64,000 bases of DNA from Chthoniobacteraceae bacterium (GTDB taxonomy: Bacteria > Verrucomicrobiota > Verrucomicrobiia > Chthoniobacterales > Chthoniobacteraceae), in assembly GCA_031409655.1 (NCBI GenBank), contig JANNXQ010000170.1:24499-88498 (forward strand), given 5' to 3'. Of the stretch, positions 10,174-19,765 are shown in pieces (position 1 is the stretch's first letter; every line of letters starts with the position of its first letter). The notes under the pieces are model-generated. The model was not told where the DNA came from. It saw nothing but the letters and a program-made list of their open reading frames with translations, and searched no databases. The translations under genes and the position numbers were made by a program.

Positions 10174-10646
10174 CTAGAGTCCCTTTAGGATGGGGTAACT
10201 GCGCAGATACCGGTGGAGTGGGACGTAAAATTGCGCAAAGTGGCGCGGCTTTCGGGAAAGTTTTCCGTTTTTCAATTCGTTTCGGAGTGTTCGCCACGTA
10301 TCCCTCGCAAGATAGGGCCGCCACGCGCGCCAGGCCTTCCGTAGGAGTGGCCGCTGCCGGTCGTCGTTTTCGGCGGCGAAAAAGATGGGGTGATGCGTCG
10401 TCCGCACGGCGGCGCGGTTGGCGCAGTGGTTTCTCGAATCATCCCGGCTCTGGCTTTCTGCAAGTTTCGCAGTCCCATCAGTGGATCCGTCATCAACAAT
10501 TTCGCATTTCCAATCCCCAACCGTTTGCCCTGTGATACTTTGTAAAGTCGTAGGGAGAAACTGGGCAGCGTTGTGCGCCAGAATGGCGATCGTGATGGAG
10601 GTAGAGAGGTTCAATTCTCCGAGTGGTGATTCCTCGCGGGTTCCGT
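10174..10646 (-). pseudogene. truncated GT2-like ORF (probable remnant)
   Basis: The GT2 N-terminus ITIAILAHNAAQFLPTTLQSITGQ...EIVDDGSTDGT is followed only ~60 aa later by a C-terminal tail, so the acceptor half is missing. There is no ATG after the upstream stop at 10647. Confidence 0.35.
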
Positions 10647-11633
10647 TTACGAAGGCGCAGACGAGAGGGTGATCTGTTCGATAGGCAGAGGTTGGCGAGG
10701 CATTTCCAAGCGGTCCCGAATTGCTTCGACGACCTCGGCGGTTGCAATCCGTGACATGCACACTCGCTCAAAATCACAGCCGTTGAGGCGCCAGCAGGGA
10801 GCGCAGGGTTCTGGGGAGTAGAGATTGGTATTGGCGCTGTAGCCGGATTGCCATGGCGCTTCACGGCCGCCATAGATGATTATCGACGGGCATTCCACGG
10901 CACGAGCGAGGTGCATAGGAAATCCGACAGTTCCGACAAAAAGCTGGCTGGAAGCGAGGACGGCGGCGGTCTCGCGGCGTCGGAGTTTTCCGCGGCAATC
11001 GATCGCGCCATCAAGTTTAGGGTCCGACGCCGAACCGATCTGGATGAATTCCACGGTCTTTCGCAAGGCATTCACCGTTGCCTGGAAACGCTCTGGGAAC
11101 CATTGTTTGTTGAGCATCGGGAGGCGAGCCGCGAGTCCGCTGCTTTGAATGCAGACTTTGCCGTTCGCCCACTGGGCGGCGGCCGTCTCACCGGAGGAAA
11201 GATGAAGAAAGGGACGCAATGCCACCGGACCATCCAGATCCATACGAAAGCAGAGTTCCGCAATGGCGTGCCTGACCGGAGAAGTCGTGCGGTCGTTGGT
11301 GGGCTCATATTGCGCATACTCCAGATAACGGTAGTTGAGCCGCCATTTTTGGGCGAAACGTTCACACCTCCCTTCGACGGGAAGCACGTGCTGGATGTCG
11401 GGATTGCCGAGGAAGAGGTCCGGATGGTTTGACATCATCCAAATGTTGCGTTGACCGCGTTTGCTCAACTCGCGAATCAATCCGGTGCAGAGTAGGTCGT
11501 CTCCTGGTGACCTTCCGAAGTAAAGCATCAAGTCCGGCAGACCGTGTCGCAACCGGGTGAGGAGACGAAACGGAGTTTCTGAAACGACGCAACACTGGTG
11601 TCTGGACCACTTCCAAAAATCGATCGCATTCAC
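10647..11633 (-). CDS. glycosyltransferase family 9 (heptosyltransferase-like)
   Basis: LFVGTVGFPMHLARAVECPSIIIYGGREAP and GDDLLCTGLIRELSKRG resemble GT9. ORF 10647..11780 trimmed to GTG 11633, which sits in a GTGA overlap with the upstream stop. Confidence 0.65.
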   Translation of the reverse strand: MNAIDFWKWSRHQCCVVSETPFRLLTRLRHGLPDLMLYFGRSPGDDLLCTGLIRELSKRGQRNIWMMSNHPDLFLGNPDIQHVLPVEGRCERFAQKWRLNYRYLEYAQYEPTNDRTTSPVRHAIAELCFRMDLDGPVALRPFLHLSSGETAAAQWANGKVCIQSSGLAARLPMLNKQWFPERFQATVNALRKTVEFIQIGSASDPKLDGAIDCRGKLRRRETAAVLASSQLFVGTVGFPMHLARAVECPSIIIYGGREAPWQSGYSANTNLYSPEPCAPCWRLNGCDFERVCMSRIATAEVVEAIRDRLEMPRQPLPIEQITLSSAPS

Positions 11634-12460
11634 GAAAGCATTGGGGCGGGGAACTGCTTTACAAGCCCGTGAGTGGAGTAATTGCGGGAGTGGCGGCGTT
11701 CCCGGACATATTGCAGGCAGGGGCGGAAATGGCGCGTGTTTTTGAGCAGGTTTTCCAGTGCGGGACCTGTCTGGAACCATGCGGAGATTGCGGTGAGGCG
11801 GCGAATTGCGGCTTTGAAGAAATGCCGCCGTGGAGTTCCCCGAACAGAGTTCTCCCTATGATAGACAAGATCGGCATCGGCTTGGTCCATCTTCCGCGCT
11901 GAATCCAACCATTGGGAGTTTATGAGGCGGGCTTCGTTGAGGTGATGCTCAACTTCCGCGTTAAGGGCCGCAGTGATGCGGTAGCCAGCCTGGTGCAGTT
12001 GCAGAGAGAAGAGAGTGTCGTCTCCGAACCGAATGGCCCCGGGCCCGAGTTCTGGAGCAAAGGTGGGAACTTTGAGAAGGACTCTCCGGGCAAAAGCCAT
12101 ATTAGCGCTGACCATGCGGCCCGGATCCCGTGGGTGGAGCGTAAAGTTTCACTGGCTTGGTTGCGACGGGGATCACGTCATCTTCAGTGAAAACGATGAT
12201 GTCTCCGGTTCCGGCGGCAAGACCGGTATTGCGAGCGGCGGACTGTCCGCCTCGCGGTTCACGCAGATAGCTCACCGGCAGAGTGTTTGCGAGCCGCGGA
12301 CCGTGCGCGACGGCTTCAGCGTTCTCGGTCGAGGCATTGTCCACAATCAGGACTATACTCGGGTCGCCGACGGTATCATGACACGACCGAGGGCCGTTAG
12401 AGTCTGGGCTAGCCTCGGTGCCCGATTGCGCGTGCAGATCATGATGGAGATGCGAGTCAA
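11630..12460 (-). pseudogene. GT2 glycosyltransferase split over three reading frames
   Basis: Frame a: (L)TRISIMICTRNRAPRLAQTLTALGRVMIP..stop at 12353. Frame b: SIVLIVDNASTENAEAV...ARNTGLAAGTGDIIVFTEDDVIP..stop at 12102. Frame c: SANMAFARRVLLKVPTFAPELGPG...GDDTLFSLQLHQAGYRI to 11630. Confidence 0.55.
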
Positions 12461-13455
12461 GCCAAGGGAGTGTTTACGCTGCCACGAAGCGTCTGGCTGA
12501 GATACGCTTTGAGTTCGTGCTTCCAGCCACGGGCGCGGAGGCGAAGATACCGAACGTTCATCGTTTGGGGCCGGGACGCTGCGGGACTCGAGCGTTTCTC
12601 CATGATGTCCTTGCAACTCTCAACCATGCGGTGAAAGAGGACTTCTGGTGAAAACCATTCCTCCCAAGCGAGGCGTGCGGCCTTTGCCATTTCCGGGAAT
12701 CGAGGTTCCTGACTCGCAATAAACTTGGGCAAGTCCCGAATCCGACGCTCCGGGACGGAGAGCGAAAAATCTGACCAAGCAGGACCGATCGGGCGCGTCC
12801 ATGCGTCGCTAATAATCACCGGGACGCGCCCAGCGGCCATGGTCTCGAAGAGACGAAACGAGGAAGGTCCACTACCTACGGGACAAAGTACGAACTTGGA
12901 GCGCTGGATCACCTCCGCGTAACGGCGTTTTTGTCCGGCCACCGCGTCCGTGTTCGCGCCGAAAAAGCTCAAGTGGCTCGTGTCTTCAATGACCGAGCGT
13001 TGCTCCCGGATCTGCATGATCGCTTTCCTCACGGGATGCCCAAGACGTCCCATGTAGGAGAAAAGAATGTTCGGGGCGGGGGCATCGTCGGTTGACTGTG
13101 AAGCGGTGTTGTTGATGAGCACCAGATAAGAACATGGGCGCTGACGCTGCCAATCGAAGGAGTTTTTGGGCATACTGACGTAAAGACCGGGCATCGCGCA
13201 CCAAGGCTGATCCATTTCGTTATAAACGAAGGCACGGTCTCGGTTGCGTCGCACGATGGGGTGCTCACGGATGTCGGTAAGATTGAGGTCCCGGTAGTGC
13301 TGGTGGCCGTCGAGAAAGAGCACGATGTCGGCTGAGTCCGGGTCTTCGACCAGCGTATGAACCCGGAAGCGATCTTGCGCAGCGAGTTTGTGAAAAACCG
13401 GCAGGTATGTTTCCACCTCTTTGGGAGAGATGGCCGTCGTGGCGAAGACTTTCAT
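12457..13455 (-). CDS. exostosin-family (GT47-like) protein
   Basis: RSKFVLCPVGSGPSSFRLFETMAAGRVPVIISDAW matches the exostosin C-terminal signature. Confidence 0.7.
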   Translation of the reverse strand: MKVFATTAISPKEVETYLPVFHKLAAQDRFRVHTLVEDPDSADIVLFLDGHQHYRDLNLTDIREHPIVRRNRDRAFVYNEMDQPWCAMPGLYVSMPKNSFDWQRQRPCSYLVLINNTASQSTDDAPAPNILFSYMGRLGHPVRKAIMQIREQRSVIEDTSHLSFFGANTDAVAGQKRRYAEVIQRSKFVLCPVGSGPSSFRLFETMAAGRVPVIISDAWTRPIGPAWSDFSLSVPERRIRDLPKFIASQEPRFPEMAKAARLAWEEWFSPEVLFHRMVESCKDIMEKRSSPAASRPQTMNVRYLRLRARGWKHELKAYLSQTLRGSVNTPLA

Positions 13456-13500
13456 TGACCGACTTGTTGATCCACGGGCGTGATGCCCGACTCGGGAAAG

Positions 13501-14586
13501 CTAATGCGCAGCGTGAGCCGGTGACGCAGCACTATCGGAAGTATCCGGTCGAAGCTTTCGGGCGATCGAAATGAGCTTCTTCGCGAATTCCTCGCTGGAG
13601 AAGCTCTCGACCCAAGCGGGCGCCTGGCGGCCGATGTGCGCGAACAGCGCGGGATTGTCCAAGTAGGCGCGAATCTTCTGCCGCAAATCCTCCACATCAC
13701 CCGCTGCGTAACCGAGCGCGGATACACCCTCTTCAAAGTAATCGATCATCCCACCGACGCGCGTTGCGATGACCGGCTTTCCGAGCACCATGTTCTCGAG
13801 GACGACGGTGTGCCCAGAGCCATAGGGGGTTTCAGCGAGCGGATTGATGGTCAACTTCGCCTCTTGATACATCTGCTTGAGCCGCGTGATCGGGACCGCT
13901 TGCAAAACCTCTACCGGCATGCCGGGTTCCCGATGTTTCTCGACGATCGCCGCGTTGTAGGGGTCGGTGACGATAATTAGCTTCTCGTCCTTTGGGAAAG
14001 CTTTCATCAAAGTGGGAAAGTCTTTTGCCTCGTTGGTGCCGACGGCGAGGCAGTAGTCGCCTTGCTTAATTTCGGCATCCGGTTTGAAGAACTCCATGTC
14101 GACGAGCATGTGCATGAGATGCTGACGATCTTCACGCAGGCCGAACGTCCTCCAGACACTGGCGAGTTCCATCTTAGTCTGCGAGACCATCGCTTCGGCT
14201 GCAGGCAGCACCCAGTTCCACATTCTTTTCCGCATTCCGGAGAGATTGCGCGGATGCATGAGTGCGGTATTGAAGACAATCACGGGAGTTCGGAGGATGC
14301 CTAGTCGCTTCAAGACGAGGGGAGGGAGAGCCGCTGCCTCATTGACGGCGAAGATCGCGTCCACATTCCGCTGCCGCCAGACCGCCGCCAACGCCTGATA
14401 GATCCGCCAATAGATAGGCTTAGAAAGAAAGCTTCGAAAGAAGCCTGGTCGCTGGATGATCGTCGGCTCGTGACCGGACTTCTTCAGCTCCGCAATCCCG
14501 AAGAGGCGGTGGGATGGCACAGCGCCGCGGGCGTAGTCCGCGACTTCCTTGGACCAATCCACAACAAATAGGAATAATATGCGCAT
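13501..14586 (-). CDS. glycosyltransferase family 4
   Basis: MRILFLFVV... N-terminus and YGSGHTVVLENMVLGKPVIATRVGGMIDYF. Confidence 0.75.
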   Translation of the reverse strand: MRILFLFVVDWSKEVADYARGAVPSHRLFGIAELKKSGHEPTIIQRPGFFRSFLSKPIYWRIYQALAAVWRQRNVDAIFAVNEAAALPPLVLKRLGILRTPVIVFNTALMHPRNLSGMRKRMWNWVLPAAEAMVSQTKMELASVWRTFGLREDRQHLMHMLVDMEFFKPDAEIKQGDYCLAVGTNEAKDFPTLMKAFPKDEKLIIVTDPYNAAIVEKHREPGMPVEVLQAVPITRLKQMYQEAKLTINPLAETPYGSGHTVVLENMVLGKPVIATRVGGMIDYFEEGVSALGYAAGDVEDLRQKIRAYLDNPALFAHIGRQAPAWVESFSSEEFAKKLISIARKLRPDTSDSAASPAHAAH

Positions 14587-14776
14587 GAGTGACGGAGACG
14601 CTTAAAAGACAGTAGAGATGTCGAAAGGCTTCGTTCTGGCGGGAACGGACACATTCCAGGAGGCCTGAGTGCGACCAAGTCTGGAAGGATTTAGAGCCGC
14701 CATAAGTTCGTGAAGCGCGAGCATGCGGTGAAACATCGAAAAGAGGGCCGTCGCGGACCCCAGTTTCTCAAGCGCC

Positions 14777-15970
14777 TTAAACATAGGCGCCGCTGGCGTT
14801 TGTGGTGGAGATGTGGGGGAGTCTGCCCGACTTTCCGGTGACGGCGGATGAATAAATCGAATAAAAGGCTTGGGCAATCTTGGGCCAAGTGAACTCGAGG
14901 GCGCGGCGTCGTCCGTTGTTCGCCAAACGTTCGCGCAAGGGTGCGTCAGTGGTCAATTGACGCAGTGCTGTCGCGAGGGCGGCGACTTCTTCAGGTGGAA
15001 CGAGAATCCCAGTTTCGCCGTCGAGGACCACTTCAGGGACGCCGCCGACTCGCGAGGCGATGATGGCCTTGCCTGCAGCCATGGCTTCGAGGTTCACGAT
15101 GCCAAATGGCTCCATGCGCGACGGAAGCACGAAGAAGGAGCAACCTTTGAAGAGAGCCACCGTCTTTGACCGATCGGTACGCCCGAGGAAATGCACGCGG
15201 TCCTTCATTCCGACGAATTCGGCGAGTTGGCAAAGGGCGGCGTGTTCTGGGCCTTCGCCCGCGAAGAGTAAGTCGTGAGACTGAAGGTCTGCTTCCGCAA
15301 AAGCCCGGATAAGAACATCGAAGCCTTTCTGTTTAACCATTCGGCCGATCGCGAAGACGTAAGGTCGGGGGTGCGAGTAAGGAGCGCTGCACTCGAAGTC
15401 GTCCAGGCGGATGCCGTTGTACATGACCGATGATTTCGATCCGAAGGGTTGCCCCCACCATTGCTCAAGATCCGCGAGGGTGTCTCTGGAACAGGCAGTG
15501 ACGGCTGTTGATTGGGCAACAAGTTCGCGCAGAGTGCGGTTGAACGAAGGCAGGCGGTCGTAGATGCCCTGTGCATCCATGGTTCGTTCCCCTTGGACGG
15601 AAAGCACGAGGGGCAGGCCAAGCGCTTTCTTCGCGGCGAGTGCGTAGTAGCCATTGCTGCTCGCGCACTGTACATGGATAACTTCGGAACGGTGGCGTCG
15701 AAGGATGCGGAGCATCTGCCAGCGGGTGAAGGGATAGGTGAGGGCGTGGACCAAGCGAACTCGCAGATTCCAGTCGGGCATCCGCATGGCCAAGCGATAG
15801 ACAGGGATGCCTTCGTAGAGTTCATAACCGGGGAGTGAGCGCGGCCAACGATTTGTGAGAATGATGGGAGCGATGCCTTGCTGCACATACTCGTGACAGA
15901 GTTGCCGAACGAGTTCTTCGACGCCGCCAGTGTGCGGATAGAAGGCGCTTGCGAAGATCGCTACGTTCAT
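14777..15970 (-). CDS. glycosyltransferase family 4
   Basis: ORF 14777..16141 trimmed to ATG 15970 (MNVAIFASAFYPHTGGVEE). Signature EPFGIVNLEAMAAGKAIIASRVGGVPEVV. Confidence 0.85.
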   Translation of the reverse strand: MNVAIFASAFYPHTGGVEELVRQLCHEYVQQGIAPIILTNRWPRSLPGYELYEGIPVYRLAMRMPDWNLRVRLVHALTYPFTRWQMLRILRRHRSEVIHVQCASSNGYYALAAKKALGLPLVLSVQGERTMDAQGIYDRLPSFNRTLRELVAQSTAVTACSRDTLADLEQWWGQPFGSKSSVMYNGIRLDDFECSAPYSHPRPYVFAIGRMVKQKGFDVLIRAFAEADLQSHDLLFAGEGPEHAALCQLAEFVGMKDRVHFLGRTDRSKTVALFKGCSFFVLPSRMEPFGIVNLEAMAAGKAIIASRVGGVPEVVLDGETGILVPPEEVAALATALRQLTTDAPLRERLANNGRRRALEFTWPKIAQAFYSIYSSAVTGKSGRLPHISTTNASGAYV

Positions 15971-16007
15971 GGATAGAGCCAGGCCAAGGGCCGACGAAGA
16001 CGGCTGG

Positions 16008-17051
16008 TCACGCGATGTGCGGAGCGGCCGTGCTCGGGGCTTCCGAGGCATAGAGCGCTTCGTAGTCGTCGCACACCCGGTCCCAGGCGAAATCGCGAGC
16101 GCGAAGAAGTCCGGCGCGACGCATCCGGTCGCGGAGGACACTATCGGTCAAGACGCGGACGATGGTGGGGGCGAGATCTTCGTCTGCGCAGAGGATGCCG
16201 GCCCGGCCGTCATCGGTCACTTCGCACGCGCCGACATTGGGCGTCGCGACCACCGCAGTGCCAGAGGCCATCGCTTCAATATACGGCACGCCGAAGCCTT
16301 CGTAGCTGCTGGGGAGACAAAAGACCCAGGCGCGCTGATAGAGATCGGTCAGCTTTTCAAGAGCGACACGGCCGAACCACCGCACGCCTACGCCGCTGAC
16401 TTCTTCTTCGCAGACAGCCCAAAACTCCGCGTTGGGAACTCGCGGCCGGATCTCATTCTTAAAAAGATCGAGTAACATTGCTCCCCGTTTCCGGCCGTGC
16501 ATCGTGCCAACAAAGAGGAGGGCGGGATTGGTGGATTTTTCTTCACCCGGACGGAAAACATCGAGGTCCACGCCATTGGGAATAACAAGTTTTGCGAAGG
16601 GATTGTAGCGGCGGGTATTTGCGGAGACTGCGACGACTTCATCGGCAAGGAAGCAGGCCGAAAACTCTCCGATCGCCAGCGCCGCCATGCGAAGTCGCGA
16701 CTTGAAGCCCGTGGCGTGGAGCATCTCGGCCAGGCACGAACCGTGGAGGGTGTGAACGTGGCGGGGTAACTTGCATCCCCAGAGGAACCAATCGTCACCG
16801 TGAGCGTGGAGGAGGTCGAACTTTGAAAAATCATAACGCCGCAAAGCCCAGGCGAATCCAAAGGTGCGCAAACGACGCCCCGAAGGCACGACGACCACCT
16901 CATACTGAGCGTCAGCAGGGGCTGCGGTCTGGCTGAAGACCGTGACGCGATGTCCGCGTGCGACCAGCTTATTGGCAAAGGCATCGACGACGTATCCGAC
17001 GCCGATTTTGCTGCCTGTCGGCAGATACAAGGAGGTGATTGCGATATTCAA
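16008..17051 (-). CDS. glycosyltransferase family 4
   Basis: EGFGVPYIEAMASGTAVVATPNVGACEV. Trimmed to TTG 17051 (NIAITSLYLPTGSKIGVGY), which is in a TTGA overlap. ATG 17081 or 17090 are alternative starts. Confidence 0.8.
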   Translation of the reverse strand: MNIAITSLYLPTGSKIGVGYVVDAFANKLVARGHRVTVFSQTAAPADAQYEVVVVPSGRRLRTFGFAWALRRYDFSKFDLLHAHGDDWFLWGCKLPRHVHTLHGSCLAEMLHATGFKSRLRMAALAIGEFSACFLADEVVAVSANTRRYNPFAKLVIPNGVDLDVFRPGEEKSTNPALLFVGTMHGRKRGAMLLDLFKNEIRPRVPNAEFWAVCEEEVSGVGVRWFGRVALEKLTDLYQRAWVFCLPSSYEGFGVPYIEAMASGTAVVATPNVGACEVTDDGRAGILCADEDLAPTIVRVLTDSVLRDRMRRAGLLRARDFAWDRVCDDYEALYASEAPSTAAPHIA

Positions 17052-18193
17052 GATAGGATTCTTTCGAGTTTCTCCGCACATGCAGACCATGGCGAACGGC
17101 GGGCGCGGGCAACACACTTCTGCTTCTCGCGCTTTAAGAGTTGGGAATCAGTGGCGAGGGAACGAAGCGCAGTGACCACGCTTTCCAAGTCATCCGGATT
17201 CACCGCAAGGCCTGCTCCGCCGCAGGCTTCTGGAAGTCCGCCGCGGGTGGAGGCGATGACGACGCATCCGCTGGCCATGGCTTCGAGCGAGACGAGCGAG
17301 AACGGTTCATTGGACCGGGAGAGCACGGCGACGACATCGTGCTGGCGGCAAAGTTCCGGCACAGCGGCACGCTCGACGTGGCCGAGGTAACGTGCCCCGG
17401 CCTTATCCATCTTCGCCTTTAACTCGCGGAAGTAGGGGTTCTCCATCTCTTTCCCGTGTCCGTAAAACCAGAGGCCACCAGCGACGGTGAGGGAGACGCG
17501 CAAGCCCTCCTCACGAAGGGCAGCGACCGCATCAGCGATGATGTCGGGGCCTTTGTTTGGGTCAATACGACCCAGGAAAAGCACGCGGAGTTCGTCCCGG
17601 GGTTCGAGGAAGTCAGCGCGCGGATGGAATTCGCTCGCGTCCACTCCGTTGTGCGCAGTGGTGATTGATTCTGCGGGAATTCGGTGCGCCTTTGCCGTCC
17701 ATTCCCGGATGTAGTCACTGCACGTCACAAAGGCATCCGTATGGGCGACCGTTTCGGAGATGCAATGGCGGGTGCGCCATTCATTGTGCAGCCAGACGAC
17801 CACCTTCGTGTTCGGTAGGGTGCGCTTGACGCATTTGGAAGAGGCGAGATCGTTAAAAAGCACGACGGCATCTGGGGGAACCACAAATCGCGCCAGCGCC
17901 TCGGTAAAGGAGCGGAGGTAATAGCCAAAGTAGGGCCAATCCCAATCCCTCCACTTGCTCATCGCGGCAGACCAGCGCCGCTGGAGGAAGTGCAGATCAT
18001 TGCGATCCTTGCCTTCAATGGGGACAACTTCGCCGACTTGGTAGCGTTCGTCGGCGTTGATTCTGGTGAGGACGGTGACTTGGTGGCCCCGGCTGAGGAG
18101 TTCCCTGGCGGTCTGCATGATCACGGTGGCGATCGCTCCACCGGAGACGGGAGAGTAAAATTCGATCGGCATATTCACGAAACAGATGTGCAT
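17048..18193 (-). CDS. glycosyltransferase family 4
   Basis: MHICFVNMPIEFYSPVSGGAIATV N-terminus and EPFSLVSLEAMASGCVVIASTRGGLPEAC. Confidence 0.85.
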   Translation of the reverse strand: MHICFVNMPIEFYSPVSGGAIATVIMQTARELLSRGHQVTVLTRINADERYQVGEVVPIEGKDRNDLHFLQRRWSAAMSKWRDWDWPYFGYYLRSFTEALARFVVPPDAVVLFNDLASSKCVKRTLPNTKVVVWLHNEWRTRHCISETVAHTDAFVTCSDYIREWTAKAHRIPAESITTAHNGVDASEFHPRADFLEPRDELRVLFLGRIDPNKGPDIIADAVAALREEGLRVSLTVAGGLWFYGHGKEMENPYFRELKAKMDKAGARYLGHVERAAVPELCRQHDVVAVLSRSNEPFSLVSLEAMASGCVVIASTRGGLPEACGGAGLAVNPDDLESVVTALRSLATDSQLLKREKQKCVARARRSPWSACAEKLERILS

Positions 18194-18202
18194 CAGTCGG
18201 CG

Positions 18203-19765
18203 TTAGGACGCTTCGGGAAGTGGGCAGGGAGAACCAGTTTCAGGAAGGAACGCCGGTTGGGTGCGCAGGACTTGTTGGCTGGCCCAAAGCGCGGTCAAGG
18301 CGAAGCCCGAGGTGAGGAGCAGACCCGCGGCGAGTCCGGCTTTGGACAAACGCATAATGCGGAAAGTCCAGAGATCGGGAAAGGCGACGATCGAATGGAG
18401 CATCGGATCTTGATACCAACTCGGCGGCGCGGGAAGGGGGCGGCCCTGGAGGCCATCGACGAAGCCATGCCAGAGCGCGATCTGCTGACGCGGCGTGGAG
18501 GCCCACTGGTAGCGGATTTGTTCCGGCCAGGGACTGGAAGAGTTGGCCAGGGTGGCTTCGTGCCAATTGACCAATGCAGGAGGGAGACTGGTGAGGAAGG
18601 ACAAGGCCCCGAAGCAGAGGACGAGGCGGCGGTGACGTTGCCAGATCGGAGCGAGGATGAGTGTGAGGAGGAGGAAAAACATCGGCAGGACCGGCACGAC
18701 GTAACGCGATCCCCAGCCGACGACGCCGTGCCAGTTCACGGAACACGAGACCGGCGTCAGATAGACGATCGAAGTCACTCCCCAAATCAGGCACAACTGC
18801 CCGTGACGGGCTGGCAGGCGCTTCCAGATGAAAGGGAGAAGGGCGAGCAGGAGAAACTGCGGGGAGTAAAAGAGGAGGCCCCAATTTGGTGAAAGCAGCA
18901 TGCCGTAGAGGCCATCCGCGGGGCTTCCGGTGAGGGCGTTCATGCCTTGCAGATACTTGGCGTGGACGGTGCCCGGACGGAAAGGGCTGCCCATGCGCGC
19001 GTAGTTGTAGAGAAAGGTGGGTGCCATGAGCACCGCAAAGACCACCGAGGCGATGGCGAAGCCCTTCAGGGAAACATCCTTTCGGCGGAGAAAAAGGATG
19101 ATCACGAGGGCAGGTCCGAGGAAAGGCAGGAGCGAGTAGCGGAAGGAGCCCGCCACCGCGAGGGCCGCAAAAGCGAAGACCAAGTCGCGCGCGCGAACCC
19201 GCTCTGACAAAAAGATCCGGGTCGAAGCGTAGAGTAACATGCAGGCGCCGGCGGCGCCGCCGAGCACGTCGAAAGCACAGCGCGAGAAGGCCCAGAAAGG
19301 AGTGGTGGTCACGAAGGCGAGGCTGAGCAGAAAGGCTGTGCGCGAATTGTGGAAGAGGCCAAAGGTGAGGAAGAGAAAGTAAGCTCCGACTGCGGCGACG
19401 ATGGCGTAAGTGAGCGAGGCCCCCGCTTTCACGATGAAGGGGGGACGCTGCAGCCATTCTTCGACGGAGGTCTTGCGGATCATCGATCCGGCGAAGGTCG
19501 AAGGGAGCATCAGGAGCACGGCGCCGATGTCGTGGGATTCAAAGTAACGTCCGTCCGGTATTTGGACCCAGTTATAACCATCGCCGGGAGGCGCGGCTGC
19601 GCTCGCCAGGGAGTGAGTGCCAGCGAGGAGCATGGAGGCCCGGAGCTGATCGTTCGGGTCGCCGCCGGAGAGCCGTCCACTGGAGAAGAGCAGGAAAAAG
19701 CAGGCGTAAAAGAGCGCGACCATCGAGCGCTCAAACCGGGTGCGATTTGCGCCGGCGGGTTTCAT
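18203..19765 (-). CDS. polytopic membrane protein, GT-C-like (ArnT/PMT-type) glycosyltransferase candidate
   Basis: About 520 aa with more than 10 hydrophobic segments. An acidic first loop (SSGRLSGGDPNDQL) follows TM1. ORF trimmed to ATG 19765 (ATGA overlap). The family call is inference from topology and context. Confidence 0.5.
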   Translation of the reverse strand: MKPAGANRTRFERSMVALFYACFFLLFSSGRLSGGDPNDQLRASMLLAGTHSLASAAAPPGDGYNWVQIPDGRYFESHDIGAVLLMLPSTFAGSMIRKTSVEEWLQRPPFIVKAGASLTYAIVAAVGAYFLFLTFGLFHNSRTAFLLSLAFVTTTPFWAFSRCAFDVLGGAAGACMLLYASTRIFLSERVRARDLVFAFAALAVAGSFRYSLLPFLGPALVIILFLRRKDVSLKGFAIASVVFAVLMAPTFLYNYARMGSPFRPGTVHAKYLQGMNALTGSPADGLYGMLLSPNWGLLFYSPQFLLLALLPFIWKRLPARHGQLCLIWGVTSIVYLTPVSCSVNWHGVVGWGSRYVVPVLPMFFLLLTLILAPIWQRHRRLVLCFGALSFLTSLPPALVNWHEATLANSSSPWPEQIRYQWASTPRQQIALWHGFVDGLQGRPLPAPPSWYQDPMLHSIVAFPDLWTFRIMRLSKAGLAAGLLLTSGFALTALWASQQVLRTQPAFLPETGSPCPLPEAS

